The notes beneath the pieces were generated by a model that was given only the letters and a program-made list of their open reading frames with translations, made no database searches and had not been told where the DNA came from. Source: Candidatus Sumerlaeaceae bacterium (lineage in GTDB: Bacteria > Sumerlaeota > Sumerlaeia > Sumerlaeales > Sumerlaeaceae). Taken from it: 64,000 nucleotides of DNA. Numbering within the stretch: position 1 is the stretch's first letter; every line of letters begins with the position of its first letter. Both the position numbers and the translations under genes were made by a program. Location: NCBI GenBank assembly GCA_049968255.1, contig JBMFRB010000001.1:64001-128000 (forward strand). Direction: 5' to 3'. Positions 29,864 through 40,664 of this stretch are shown piece after piece.

Positions 29864-32800
29864 TTACTCCGTGTTTGTTATTTTGCGCATGCGGGTGCGG
29901 CCTGCTTTGGCCACCGGATTTTTGGCATCTATCTTGAGAACCATCTCGTAAGTTTCGAGCGCGCGTAGGGCAGCGCCACGTCCTTCGTAGGAACGGGCCA
30001 GTTCGATAAGGTCGGCAATTGCCTCGTGTTCGGGGGCGATCTGAAGAAGCGCGTTCACGTATTTACGAATGAGCTCCGGGCTCGAGTTATCTATCTCCCT
30101 GGCTTTGCGGTAGCACTCAATGGCACGGTCTACATCTCCAGCCTGATAGACGAGGTCTCCAAGTCGCACGAGATATTCATAGCGCTTGGCTGGCTCGAGG
30201 TGCGCGGCCTCGAGTTTTGCCGAGAGCGATTCGATCGTTTCTGGTTCGTATTGCTTGGCCAAATTTTCCTGTTCGCGAGCTCGCTCCATCTCGCCGGAGC
30301 TACGGTAAAGCTCTGCAAGCACTAGCGCATTTGCAGCGGCCTCGGCGCGCTCCCTCACCGTCATCAGCAAATCGCTAAAAATTTCCCGTGTGGGGCGATG
30401 GTGCGGAACTAACTCCACGGTCCGCCGACATGCCGCCACTGCGCGCCAAGGATCGGTTTCGCGGCAGGCGCGTGCCAATTTATAAAAATGTTCGGCGGCA
30501 GCATCGGGATTGCTTGCACGGGCATAGGCTTCGGCTAGCGACTCGAGAACGTTAAGATCGGACGGATTAAGAGCATTTGCGTTGCCTAGCCATCGCACGG
30601 CGTCGGCATAATGGCCAGTGCTCATGCAGAGATCGGCAAGTTTGACCATCTCTGCTATCGCGCGACTGCGCTGGCCGGCGCTTTGCAAGAACTGAATGAA
30701 TCGCTCGCGCACCTCGCGCTGACGCCGATCTATGGAAATAATTCGCTCGAAGGTCCGCGTGGCCTCTTGGAACTGACCTTTCTTGATATAGAGATCTGCC
30801 AGCCGCTGATACTCTGGCAGGACTTCTAGTTCGTTGCCTATCTGGGCAAAAAGTTCCAAATAGCGGCTCAAAAGGGTAGGATCGTCGGGTTCGAGAAGTG
30901 TCAGCTGGTGATAAACCTCTACAGCTTCTTCTACTTCTCCGCGCATCACGAGCAGATCAGCAAATTCTTGAAGCTGCTGCATTCGTGCTTCGCGTTCGCC
31001 AAGCACCTCGAGCAGCTCGATGAGTTGGCGACGCGGCTCAATCTCTTTGGGAGCAAGCTGAATGCGGCGTTTCAACACGCCGACCGCTTCGCGCAAGCGT
31101 TTTTGGTCGAGAAGCAGTTCAGACAGTCGTTCGAGGGCGGCCAGAGCCTCGACTTGGCGATTTGCCTTGGTGCAGAGCTCTGCCAGTGCTTCGTACGCCT
31201 CAATCCACTTTGGCCGTATTTCTGACGCCCGTTGGAGAAAATGAATGGCGCGATCGTAATGTTCGTGGGCTTCCGCCTCCTTGGCGCACTGCATAAAGAG
31301 GCGCCCAGCAATCTCAGTGGCTCGGTACGCAGCGAAAAGTTCAGCCAACCGCGCGCGAAACTCGGTTCCTGCGCACGTACCAGCAAGCGCCTTTTCTGCC
31401 ACCTCCCGCGCTTCCTCGATCTCGCCTTGCTCGAGTTTCGCCCTCACAATTTCGGCGTATTCTTCCTGAGCTCGTGGCAACTGTTCGAGTTCTTCGTAGA
31501 GTTTGGCCAATTGCAAACGCACATCAAGAAGCGTGGGATCTTCCGCGACAAGCTCGGCCAACATCGCTGCCGCCTTGTGTTTGTCGCCTAACTGGATGTA
31601 ACGCTCCGCCAGATCTCGTAGACGGAAGAGAACCTCTTCCGTTTTGCCAAGACGCCGAGCAATCTCGACACGGCACTCAAGCAACGTAAGATCCTCAGGA
31701 TCGATTTCGAGCCCCTCCCGGACGAGCTCTTCGGCTTTGGGCAAATTGCGACGGTTAAGGTAATAGTGCACGAGCCATACGATTTCGGGGAGGATTTCCG
31801 CGGGAATTCCGCAACGACGATAAACTTCGAGGGCCCGCTCGCGGATCGCGGGATCGGGTTCACCGTGTTCGAGAACTTTCTCAAGCACGCGGCATGCCTG
31901 CTCGGGCTCGCCATGGTCCACAAGCGCATTCGCAAGATGAACGAGGGCATCGCGCGCAACGTCTTCATTGCCGATCAGTGCTGAAAGGTCGGCAAGGCGC
32001 TTCCACGCATCTAAGTGCGAGGGGGCTGCCCGCGTAATGGCTTCAACGCATCCTATAGCTTCGGTATATTTTTTCTCAGCTACAAAGACCTCCGAAGCTA
32101 ACCACCATTGCCGCACAGCTTCGTCGAGTTGCCCTAGCTCGGCAAGAGTCGCAGCCAAACGCTTGCGCACGTGGGCACGCTTGTCATCGAAAGCAAGGAC
32201 GGTGAGAGCTGCCTCGCGAATACGAGCGGGGTTGCCTTCTTCAAGTTCGATTTCGAAAAGTCGCTGAGCGACGTCTGCGGCTTTCTTCGTTAATTTCACG
32301 CTGGCACAACAGTCGAGCAGCATTTTCAGCGCTTCTTTGTCGTCTGGTCGTAGCGCAACAAGCTTGTCGAAGACCTCCACAGCGCGCGCAAAGTCAGAAT
32401 TTTTTGCTGCCTGATATCCCAACGTGCGAAGTGCATGGACTTGCAGCCGCTCGTCGCCTGTCAGCTGGGCCATGGCTAGGAACTTTTCCCAGGCGGGTTC
32501 ATAGTCAGGGTGGCGCTCAGCAAAGGATTTGAGAAATTCAGCTGCCGCCAGCGGCCCGTGCTGGTCTTTTTTCGTTTGCGCGATCTGGATCGCGCATTTC
32601 AGTGCACGCCCGAGATCCTTGAGCTGCTCGGCGAGTTCCAATAGCGCCTGCAAAGCTTGCTCATTGTCCGGATCCACAACGCTGATCCGCTCATAAATGG
32701 CGATGGCGCGGTCCGTGAATTTTAGCGTTTGGAGCATTTTCGCGAGCTCGAAAAGAGCCTTCACCGCCTCCTCGCCATTGCCAGCTTTGATAAGTTGCTC

Positions 32801-35800
32801 GGCGAGCTTTTCGCGAAGCTCGATATTGCCGGGATCATACTGAAGATATTTTTTTATCCATTTAGCTGCCGCGGCAGGATCATTCTTTGCTAACGTGAGA
32901 TCGACAAGTCGCTTGACCAGGTCAATGACATCCGGCTTGCGACGCTCGCGTTCGTAAAAGCTCACCAGAGTTTCCAGCGTTGGAATATCCTCGGGAAAAA
33001 CTTCCAAAACCTCGCGGTAGCAGTTTTCTTCCTCTGTGACTGCGCCGGCCTGAGCGAAGAGGCGCGCAGCTTGCAGCGATGCTTGCGCAGCCTTTGCCCC
33101 GTCGCCAAGTTTTCTGTGGATCTGGGCCGCGAGATACCAACTATCAGGGGCACTGCCCGCTAGTGAAAGGATCTTCTCGAGCACTAGTCGAGCGTCCTGG
33201 ACGCGCCCTTGTTCAATCAGCCAATCGAGGTAGATTCCGGCTAGAGCAACAAGAAATGCAGCTCCTGCCCTGTGGTTCACGCTTTCCAGGAGTTCGAACG
33301 CCGCGTCCATGGCTGCGAATTCAAGAAGTACCTTCCCCAGAACGAGGACACGTGTGCGGCTTCGCGCCACAAGGGCCGCGTCCAAGGCGCGCTTGGCAAG
33401 GTCATGCACAGCTATGTCGCCACCAGAAGCGCGGTAGAGCTTCGCGATCAAGGGAGCCGCAAGGGCTGCCGGATCGAGAGCCATAGCGCTCTCAAGTGCT
33501 TGCAGCGCAGTGCGCCATTCACCTACTGCAATGAGATCATCGGCGACCTGCGTGTAGCACTCGACGGCATGCTCTGTGTCGCCGGTGTTCGCCATGAGTT
33601 CTGCCAGTTTGAGGCTCAGCTCGGGGCTACGCGGCAGACTTTTGAGCTCGTCAATGGCCTCCTTGCGAATTTTGTTAGCATTTTTGCCAGTTGCAATTTC
33701 GCAAATACCAATGAGCTCAGCCGAGAGCTTTTGACGATCAGCTTGTTCGCGCCAAATGGCAGCCAATGCCTGGCGCACTTCGAGATTCTTCTGGGCAAGT
33801 CGTTTGGTTGTTTCGAGAATCCGTATGCGCTCATTTAGCCCGAGAGGTGCCCCGTGCTGCGCCAACCAATCGAGCGCACGCTTGGCGGCCACGTCCGCTG
33901 GCAGCATTTCCAGCAATTTGATAAGAAACTCGGTTTCCTGCGGTTCAAAGGCCAGAATGCGCTCGCACAAAGCAATGCGCTGATCGGTCTTGATCGCAGA
34001 AGAGTGCTCTGCATACTCGTATGCTTTTTTATAGGCTGAAAGGGCCTCGCGAGGCTGATTCGTTTTTTCGTACAGCTGGCCTAGCTTTTCCCAATCGAAG
34101 ACGTCGGCCACAGCAAGCTCGCAAACCTGTTTCTGCGCTACAAGCGCGCGATCCCAATGACCGGCCACCTCATAAAGGCGCGCCGTGTCGCGCCAGGAAC
34201 CGGCCGCGAAATCGATCTGCTTAGTGCGGAAATAGAGCTCTGCCAGTTCCTCGAACAATTCAGCATCATCGGGCGAAGGGGCAAGAGATGTTGCACGTCC
34301 GAAGAGTGGAATAGCGCGCAAGGGCTCATTAAGAGTATCGCGATAGTGACGCGCCACCTCCACGAACATCTGTTTCGCCTCGGCCTGAAATCCTTCTTTT
34401 TCGAGAAAATCTGCGAACTCCTCTCGAAGGGAAACTTCGTTGGGATAGCACTGGAGCAGCTCTTTGTAGAGCTCGACCGTAGCCTCGGCCTTGCCGGTGC
34501 GCTTATATGCTTCGAGAAGCTGTTCGTACAGGGGTAGCGCCGCTTGCGCACCGCGAGTGCGGTAAGTAGTCTCTGCGCGCTCTCGCAGAATTTGGAAATC
34601 CTCAGGGCGAATCTGTGCTAGCTGATCGAGCCATAAGAGGGCCTGATCTTCATCCCCTCTCGCGCGGGCGAGGTCAACCATCCGGCTTGCCACTTCTGCC
34701 GCTTGCTCAGCTCTGCCGTTGGCTAGCAGGAGCTTCAGCAGTTTTTCTTTTATGGCAATTTCTTCTGGCGCAAGGTTTTCAGCGCGGACCAATTTTTCAA
34801 GCGCAGCCTCAGGCGCCCCGGTTGCGGCGTAGTAGTCCGCCAACACTTGGAGATAGTGCACCGCAGCCTGAGCGTCGCCGCGCCGCTCGGCAACTACAGC
34901 GGCGGCTTCGAGCGCTTCCTGCGACTGTGGTTCGAGCTCTAACCATTTCGCAGCATAATGCTCGGCTGAATCTACTTTGCCTTCGCTCAGGGCAGCCGCC
35001 ACCTGTTCGCGGTAGAAAGAGATCAGAATGTCCAGCTGGCCCAATTGCGCAAGCTGAAGAGCCAGCTGCTCGATTCTTTCTAAGTCACCGCGCCGATGCG
35101 CAATCCTCACGCCGATCCGCAGGAGTCTTTCCTCGCGAGGCTGAAACTCCAAAGCCCTTGCGAAGGCCTTTTCAGCCAGCTCAGGGTCATCTTCGTCGAG
35201 AGCGCGTGTCGCAATTTCCTCATAGAGGTGGAGTGCCTCATCTTTCTCGCCCAGAAGTATGAGAACATCCGCCAACCCCAAACGCAGGTCGGGATCGTCG
35301 GGGGAAAGGCGAATCATTTGTTCGAGGATCCCGCGCTGCTGCGGCAAGTCCGCTTGCTGGCGCGCTGCTTGCAAAATCACTCGCAGCTCAGCCAGGGCAT
35401 CGGACGTTCGGCCTAACTGTTCGAGAGCAACGACAAGCTTTCGTCGGATTTCCAGTTCGTCGGGCCACTTTTCCAGGTAACGCCGAAATTCCTCTACGAG
35501 CTCGGCGTGGTTTCCACGTTTTTCTAGAAGCGCCAAGTAATCGCGATGCGCGGCTCGGGCTAGCTCTGGATCATCCAGGCGCTCGAGGATGTTTGCGCGC
35601 CGTTTGATAACATCCTCGCGCTCGGGCTCGATTTCGAGAGCCATGGCTAAATGGGCAAGAGCTTTGCGCAGATTACCGCTTTGTTCTGCAAGGTCAGCCA
35701 CACGCAAATGTGTCGCCAGGAGTTCTGCACGATTGCCTGCGCGCTGGTACCATACGGCGCTTTCTTCGAGAAGCTCAACATCATCCGGCAAGGCGGCAAC

Positions 35801-37675
35801 GCTCTTTGACAGCAGTTCTGCCATAGGAGCCGCGTCCTCTTGAGGCCAAACCGCAGCAAGGGCTTTGGCAAGTGAGCGAACCGACGTGAGGGACGTTGTG
35901 GCGAGAGCGATCTCGAGGAAATTTCGCAACAAGATGGGATCTTCGGGCGGATGTGCCGCAATGCGTGGCAGGAGCCGTTGCGCAAATTTGTCGCGGTCCT
36001 CGCGTTGCGCCTCATTGAGCAACTCCAGGCTTACCTGGGTAGCCAAGCGCGTCAGGTCTGATTCCCACAGTAGCTCTGCATATCGGAGTTTAGCCTGTGT
36101 GTCCGCGGGGTTGAGTTCCAAATAGCTCTGATAACAGGCCACTGCGCCAGCCGTGTCATCAATATCGTCGCATTCCTGCGCAGCCTCGAGGTAAAGGCGG
36201 GCCGCTGATTGCGCGCAGCCATGTTTTGCAAGAAGCGGCGCTAGTTCGAGGCGCGTTGCCGTGAGAGGTCGGATCTCGAGCGCCTGAAGCACCGCGCGCT
36301 CGCCGCCCTCCTTATCGCCCAAGGCAAAAAGAAAATCCGCGAGACTACATAGCTCTTCGAACGCCTGATCGAATTGCTCTGCCTGGCGCAAAAATGCGAT
36401 GAGATCCCAACGAAGCTCGACGCTCTCCGGCTCGTTGAAGCGTGCCTGACCGAGCAACTCGATGGCACGTTCGAGCTCTCCACGCTGGCGGGCCAAATGT
36501 GCGGCCTCCCAAAACTCTCGCGCTGCTTCCGGACCGTTTGCTTGCTCTTGCCAGATTAGGCCAAGCCACTCGTGCACTTCGGGCGAGTCGGGTTCAACGT
36601 CGAGCCAACGACGCGCTGCCTGCTGGGCTTCGAAAAACATGGTGTTTTCAATATAGAGCAGGACAAGTTCATGGAGCGCGGCCCGGGCTTGCTCGCGCTT
36701 GCCAAGTGCCACGAGCGAATCCACGTAGACAGATTGTACGCCGGCTTCGGGCCTGCGAATCGCAGCAGCTTTTTCGACAACGCGCACCACATCCGCATGC
36801 TGGCCTTGTTTCGCGTAATGAAAGGCAAGATTGTTAAGCGTGGAAATGGCGCGATCAAATTCTCGCCGCGCTAAGTGGATCTCAGCGAGTTTTTCCAGGT
36901 ATTCAAATTTATCGGGAAAGAGCGAGGAAAGCTTTTCATATACTCCAACGTTCTCTGCCTGTCGGCCCGATGCTTCACGGCGCGAGGCCAACTCAAGTAG
37001 GAGTGTTTCCGCCCGCTCGCGATTCCCCTGAAGTTCAGCGCTATGCACCTTCAGGAGCAGAAGGTCCTCATTTTCCGGAAAATCCATCGACGCGCGCTCG
37101 AGCACACGGTCCGCATCCTCGTACTTGCTCTGCCCGAGATAGTTCTCGGCAACTGCGATAAATTCGTCGCACGCTTGAGCCGACTCGCCTTTTGCGGCTA
37201 AAATATTTGCGAGGAGCAAACGTGCTTCCAAAAGGTCCGGACGAAATTTGATTGCTTCGCGTGCTGCAGCTTCAGCCTTCGCGTGATCGTAATCCACGAA
37301 AGCACGCTCCGCTTCGTCGAGAAAAGACAGAGCGACCTGGTCGAGTTGCGATGTATCTATTTCGAGCTGAAAAAGTCGAACAAGCTCGGTTGCCGCGGCC
37401 AATGGTGGAATTTCGCGGACATACGCGTAGAGTTCCACCAATGATCCGCCCTGATAGCCGGCGCATGTCTTTGTTGTGCACTTGAAGGTTTTCTTCTTTG
37501 CGTCGATGAGCAGCGAGCGAAACCGCGTGTCCTTGTGAATGGGACAGAAGGCTTTGACCGAGGCTCCAACGACCTGGATCTTGTCAGCAGCAAACCCGAT
37601 CTGCTCCAGCAAAGCGACGGGATCCAGCTGTTCGTTGACCTGCTCGATGAGACCTGTCGCTGCCTGAACGTTCAT
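29864..37675 (-). CDS. Giant TPR-repeat protein with N-terminal DnaG-type CHC2 zinc finger
   Basis: 2603 aa; FCPIH...FKCTTKTC...GGSLVELYAYV...AATELVRLF then continuous TPR-like helical repeats; no signal or TM; SD AAGGAG. Confidence 0.88.
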   Translation of the reverse strand: MNVQAATGLIEQVNEQLDPVALLEQIGFAADKIQVVGASVKAFCPIHKDTRFRSLLIDAKKKTFKCTTKTCAGYQGGSLVELYAYVREIPPLAAATELVRLFQLEIDTSQLDQVALSFLDEAERAFVDYDHAKAEAAAREAIKFRPDLLEARLLLANILAAKGESAQACDEFIAVAENYLGQSKYEDADRVLERASMDFPENEDLLLLKVHSAELQGNRERAETLLLELASRREASGRQAENVGVYEKLSSLFPDKFEYLEKLAEIHLARREFDRAISTLNNLAFHYAKQGQHADVVRVVEKAAAIRRPEAGVQSVYVDSLVALGKREQARAALHELVLLYIENTMFFEAQQAARRWLDVEPDSPEVHEWLGLIWQEQANGPEAAREFWEAAHLARQRGELERAIELLGQARFNEPESVELRWDLIAFLRQAEQFDQAFEELCSLADFLFALGDKEGGERAVLQALEIRPLTATRLELAPLLAKHGCAQSAARLYLEAAQECDDIDDTAGAVACYQSYLELNPADTQAKLRYAELLWESDLTRLATQVSLELLNEAQREDRDKFAQRLLPRIAAHPPEDPILLRNFLEIALATTSLTSVRSLAKALAAVWPQEDAAPMAELLSKSVAALPDDVELLEESAVWYQRAGNRAELLATHLRVADLAEQSGNLRKALAHLAMALEIEPEREDVIKRRANILERLDDPELARAAHRDYLALLEKRGNHAELVEEFRRYLEKWPDELEIRRKLVVALEQLGRTSDALAELRVILQAARQQADLPQQRGILEQMIRLSPDDPDLRLGLADVLILLGEKDEALHLYEEIATRALDEDDPELAEKAFARALEFQPREERLLRIGVRIAHRRGDLERIEQLALQLAQLGQLDILISFYREQVAAALSEGKVDSAEHYAAKWLELEPQSQEALEAAAVVAERRGDAQAAVHYLQVLADYYAATGAPEAALEKLVRAENLAPEEIAIKEKLLKLLLANGRAEQAAEVASRMVDLARARGDEDQALLWLDQLAQIRPEDFQILRERAETTYRTRGAQAALPLYEQLLEAYKRTGKAEATVELYKELLQCYPNEVSLREEFADFLEKEGFQAEAKQMFVEVARHYRDTLNEPLRAIPLFGRATSLAPSPDDAELFEELAELYFRTKQIDFAAGSWRDTARLYEVAGHWDRALVAQKQVCELAVADVFDWEKLGQLYEKTNQPREALSAYKKAYEYAEHSSAIKTDQRIALCERILAFEPQETEFLIKLLEMLPADVAAKRALDWLAQHGAPLGLNERIRILETTKRLAQKNLEVRQALAAIWREQADRQKLSAELIGICEIATGKNANKIRKEAIDELKSLPRSPELSLKLAELMANTGDTEHAVECYTQVADDLIAVGEWRTALQALESAMALDPAALAAPLIAKLYRASGGDIAVHDLAKRALDAALVARSRTRVLVLGKVLLEFAAMDAAFELLESVNHRAGAAFLVALAGIYLDWLIEQGRVQDARLVLEKILSLAGSAPDSWYLAAQIHRKLGDGAKAAQASLQAARLFAQAGAVTEEENCYREVLEVFPEDIPTLETLVSFYERERRKPDVIDLVKRLVDLTLAKNDPAAAAKWIKKYLQYDPGNIELREKLAEQLIKAGNGEEAVKALFELAKMLQTLKFTDRAIAIYERISVVDPDNEQALQALLELAEQLKDLGRALKCAIQIAQTKKDQHGPLAAAEFLKSFAERHPDYEPAWEKFLAMAQLTGDERLQVHALRTLGYQAAKNSDFARAVEVFDKLVALRPDDKEALKMLLDCCASVKLTKKAADVAQRLFEIELEEGNPARIREAALTVLAFDDKRAHVRKRLAATLAELGQLDEAVRQWWLASEVFVAEKKYTEAIGCVEAITRAAPSHLDAWKRLADLSALIGNEDVARDALVHLANALVDHGEPEQACRVLEKVLEHGEPDPAIRERALEVYRRCGIPAEILPEIVWLVHYYLNRRNLPKAEELVREGLEIDPEDLTLLECRVEIARRLGKTEEVLFRLRDLAERYIQLGDKHKAAAMLAELVAEDPTLLDVRLQLAKLYEELEQLPRAQEEYAEIVRAKLEQGEIEEAREVAEKALAGTCAGTEFRARLAELFAAYRATEIAGRLFMQCAKEAEAHEHYDRAIHFLQRASEIRPKWIEAYEALAELCTKANRQVEALAALERLSELLLDQKRLREAVGVLKRRIQLAPKEIEPRRQLIELLEVLGEREARMQQLQEFADLLVMRGEVEEAVEVYHQLTLLEPDDPTLLSRYLELFAQIGNELEVLPEYQRLADLYIKKGQFQEATRTFERIISIDRRQREVRERFIQFLQSAGQRSRAIAEMVKLADLCMSTGHYADAVRWLGNANALNPSDLNVLESLAEAYARASNPDAAAEHFYKLARACRETDPWRAVAACRRTVELVPHHRPTREIFSDLLMTVRERAEAAANALVLAELYRSSGEMERAREQENLAKQYEPETIESLSAKLEAAHLEPAKRYEYLVRLGDLVYQAGDVDRAIECYRKAREIDNSSPELIRKYVNALLQIAPEHEAIADLIELARSYEGRGAALRALETYEMVLKIDAKNPVAKAGRTRMRKITNTE

Positions 37676-37755
37676 GGGCTCCTTCTGTTATATCTTAGCG
37701 TCGCCACTGGGGCCACAATGCTTCGTCAAAACGCGCGTCGCCGAACTTGCAGCTC

Positions 37756-40452
37756 TCACGCCTGATAGACTTTAATGTTATCGAGATACAGCACACCAGT
37801 CGTGGCAAGATTGTCGCGGATCGACAACGTGTTGACGTAGCCATAATTGGAGGCCAGCTTCGCGTCGCGAATGACTTCCTGGCCGTCTACGTAGGCGGTC
37901 ACAGTCCCCGCCAGAAGGTTGAGCTCATACTTGACATGACGCCAAGTGCCCAGATCGTAAGGCAGCGGTTCGCCTTGCACGCGCAAGGTTGGCTGCGAGC
38001 GCGAATCGAGTCGATGGATAATCGTGTGGACCGATTGCTTGAAATCTTCGTCTTTTTCGATGTAAAAGCCAAGCAAGTACTTATTTTTCTCGTCGCAACG
38101 GATGTCGAATTCGACGACCACCAAGCCTGTGGCTTTCGGGAAATGACAAACGTAATGTGCGCTTCCCGACCCAGTGCGCTTCTCGAATTTGAGACACCCT
38201 TTCGAGCCAGGTGCGGGGGAACTTGAATCCACGGTAAGGCTGGCGTAGTCGTATTCGCCTTGCCATCCCCGCGGTTGTGCACCTGGCTCCTCGTCGTCAA
38301 ACGTTTGTTCGAAAATGATTTTCTTGCCTTCGGTGCCAGCAGGGCCAGACGCTGCTGGTCCAACAGCGGGCAGTTTGGTCGTGGGCTCGAAGGCCGGCGC
38401 TGACTCAGCAGGAGAAACTTGCGACGGAGAGGACTCCACCTGACGACTCTCCATCCCTGCAGAGCTTGCTTGCGACGGAATCTCGGTTGTCTCATCGTTG
38501 AGTGAGAGGCGTGGCATGGGCGCTTCGGCAACGGGGGGTGTAGTCGGTTGGGACTGCTCCTTGGGTTCTGCGCCGATTAGCACGTCAAGATTCACACTCG
38601 AAAGAGCATCGAGATTCAGCGGTGATGGCTCGTTTTCGCCGCGCGGAGGTGCCGTTTGGGTTTCTTCGAGTCCTGGCAAAGGAACCTCGAGATCTGGCAG
38701 CTTTAGTTCGGCTTCAGCCTCACCGGCCTTGGCCGAAGCCGGCGAAGCAGTTGTGCCGCTCCCGATGAGATCGTTTAGCACAAGCACGTCAGCTTCTCCG
38801 GCCGGTCGCTCCTGCTGAATGACTTCGCCTTCCGCCACCTCGGGCTTGAAAATCTCAGGCGCCGAGGTCTTCGCCGGTTCTTCTTCAGGCTCAGGCTGAG
38901 CTGTCGCCACCTGCTGCAAAATCGAACTTCCCAATGCGCCAGCACCCGCAAGCGCACTAGGGACGCTGCTGAGCGCGGGAGCGGGCGGAGCTTCGGGTTT
39001 GCGTTCAGCTGCGCGTTTGGGTTTCTCGGGAGCTGCTTTTGTCTCCTCGACCTTTTTCACCGCTGCTGCCCCCGACGGTGCGGACGCGCCTTCAGCAGCA
39101 AGGTGCTGTACTTCTTCCAGAATTTTCCGCTCGCGGCGAGTGGTGACAATAACGTAACCCGCCAGTGCCAGAACGCTGAGGACGAGCACCCCTCCCCCCA
39201 CATAGAACAACATGATTTGCTTACCTGCGGCACCGCCTGCTCCTGGCACTGGGGCAGGTTTTTGAAGCTTATCGTTGACCTCGCGCAGGAGTTTCTGCGC
39301 CTCAGGGTTTGCAGGATCAATGGTCTTGATGGAGATGAGCGCAACACGCGCATCTTCGAGACGATTCGCTGCGATGGAGGCCTTGGCCTCGTTGAGCAAC
39401 TGCTGGATGCGCTTACGTTCTTCGGTTTTCTGGCCTTCAGCAGAGGGACCGGCCCTAAGCGTGTTGAGCTGAGCAATGTAGAAAGCCAACGACGGATCGT
39501 TCGGATCAATGGACCGCAGTTCTTCGAGTGCGGCCTCGGCGGCTTGCAAATTCTTTGCAAGAAGCGCATTATTGAATTTTTCCTGAATGGGGCGGACTTT
39601 GCGCAGGCGCTCGCGGTTAGCCTGTTCGTTTGTGGTGACGAGCTTGACGACGTTTGCGACCTCACTGCGGAGCTTCTTCAGGTCTTCGCGCAATTGCACA
39701 ATTTCGTCTGCTGAAGCCAGGCCCGCGCTGGCACGCTCCCGCATGCGGATAAGTTCTTTCGCTTTTTCCTGTTCTTCGGGCGTAAGTTTCTGGGCTTCTG
39801 CCGGCAATGCTACCTCACGGCTTTCCACCGCCGCACGCGATGTGGGCGCTGTCTCACGCGTCTCGATTGTCTTGGCGAACGAATAACCATCGTTGCGCAA
39901 CTGATTGAGGAGTTTTTCCGCGTCGCGCTCTGTGGGGAATGCACCGATGACAACCTTGTACACGCCGCCGTCCTCGATAATGTCCACACCGGCATAGTCA
40001 TCGCTCAGAAGGGTTTGCTGAAGTCCTTCGGCCTGCCGCCGGTCCGGAAACTCGCCCACAGCAACGCGGTAGACACGGCCGGCCTCCGCACGGCTCACAA
40101 CTTTTTCCGTGGCGGATTCCGCCTGCACAATGCCCTCGGGTTGATAGCCAGATTCTTGAAGATCTTTGATGAGGGCATTTGCTTGGGCTTCGCTTTCGAG
40201 AGGGCCAATGAGGACACTATAGTTACCCTGCGCATCGACGGCCAACTCGATGGATGCGCCGGAACCATATCCGTCCGCCTGCAAATAGCGTTGGAGCTGG
40301 GTCGCATCCTTCTCTTTGAGATTCGAAGCTACGCGTACTTTGACTTCGCCTGCCCCCCCGCCAGGAACACCTTCGCTTTTGGGAGCGGCAAACAGGGCGG
40401 TAACAAACAACGCGACTATTCCTAGAACTTGAGCTCGAAGAAGCGGCTTCAA
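37756..40452 (-). CDS. Bitopic membrane protein: signal, 2x SPOR, helical region, TM, P/A/E-rich linker, C-terminal jelly-roll-like domain
   Basis: YSVLIGP..SEAQA and YRVAVGEF/YKVVIGAF SPOR patterns; TM QIML...VIV followed by RRERK; IIFEQTFD...LYLDNIKV; TTG start with AAGGAG. Confidence 0.82.
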   Translation of the reverse strand: MKPLLRAQVLGIVALFVTALFAAPKSEGVPGGGAGEVKVRVASNLKEKDATQLQRYLQADGYGSGASIELAVDAQGNYSVLIGPLESEAQANALIKDLQESGYQPEGIVQAESATEKVVSRAEAGRVYRVAVGEFPDRRQAEGLQQTLLSDDYAGVDIIEDGGVYKVVIGAFPTERDAEKLLNQLRNDGYSFAKTIETRETAPTSRAAVESREVALPAEAQKLTPEEQEKAKELIRMRERASAGLASADEIVQLREDLKKLRSEVANVVKLVTTNEQANRERLRKVRPIQEKFNNALLAKNLQAAEAALEELRSIDPNDPSLAFYIAQLNTLRAGPSAEGQKTEERKRIQQLLNEAKASIAANRLEDARVALISIKTIDPANPEAQKLLREVNDKLQKPAPVPGAGGAAGKQIMLFYVGGGVLVLSVLALAGYVIVTTRRERKILEEVQHLAAEGASAPSGAAAVKKVEETKAAPEKPKRAAERKPEAPPAPALSSVPSALAGAGALGSSILQQVATAQPEPEEEPAKTSAPEIFKPEVAEGEVIQQERPAGEADVLVLNDLIGSGTTASPASAKAGEAEAELKLPDLEVPLPGLEETQTAPPRGENEPSPLNLDALSSVNLDVLIGAEPKEQSQPTTPPVAEAPMPRLSLNDETTEIPSQASSAGMESRQVESSPSQVSPAESAPAFEPTTKLPAVGPAASGPAGTEGKKIIFEQTFDDEEPGAQPRGWQGEYDYASLTVDSSSPAPGSKGCLKFEKRTGSGSAHYVCHFPKATGLVVVEFDIRCDEKNKYLLGFYIEKDEDFKQSVHTIIHRLDSRSQPTLRVQGEPLPYDLGTWRHVKYELNLLAGTVTAYVDGQEVIRDAKLASNYGYVNTLSIRDNLATTGVLYLDNIKVYQA

Positions 40453-40664
40453 TGTCCCTCTCTCCTTAATAATTCAGCATTTACCCGCGGAAGGCGGCCC
40501 TTTCACGTTTTAGGCTCTTGAGCTAAACCATACGTGTCGCTGGTGCGAGGTCAACCATGAACCTACCGTCAAGCGCACCTTTGACGTCTGCTGGCTACAC
40601 CGTCACTAGAGCGCTGTAAACGAGAGCGCGTGTCCACAAAAAATTTCAAAATCTGTCCGTCAGC

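Noticed and set aside
29864-37675. Calling the giant protein DNA primase (dnaG)
   Set aside because: Only the zinc-binding domain is present; no TOPRIM core
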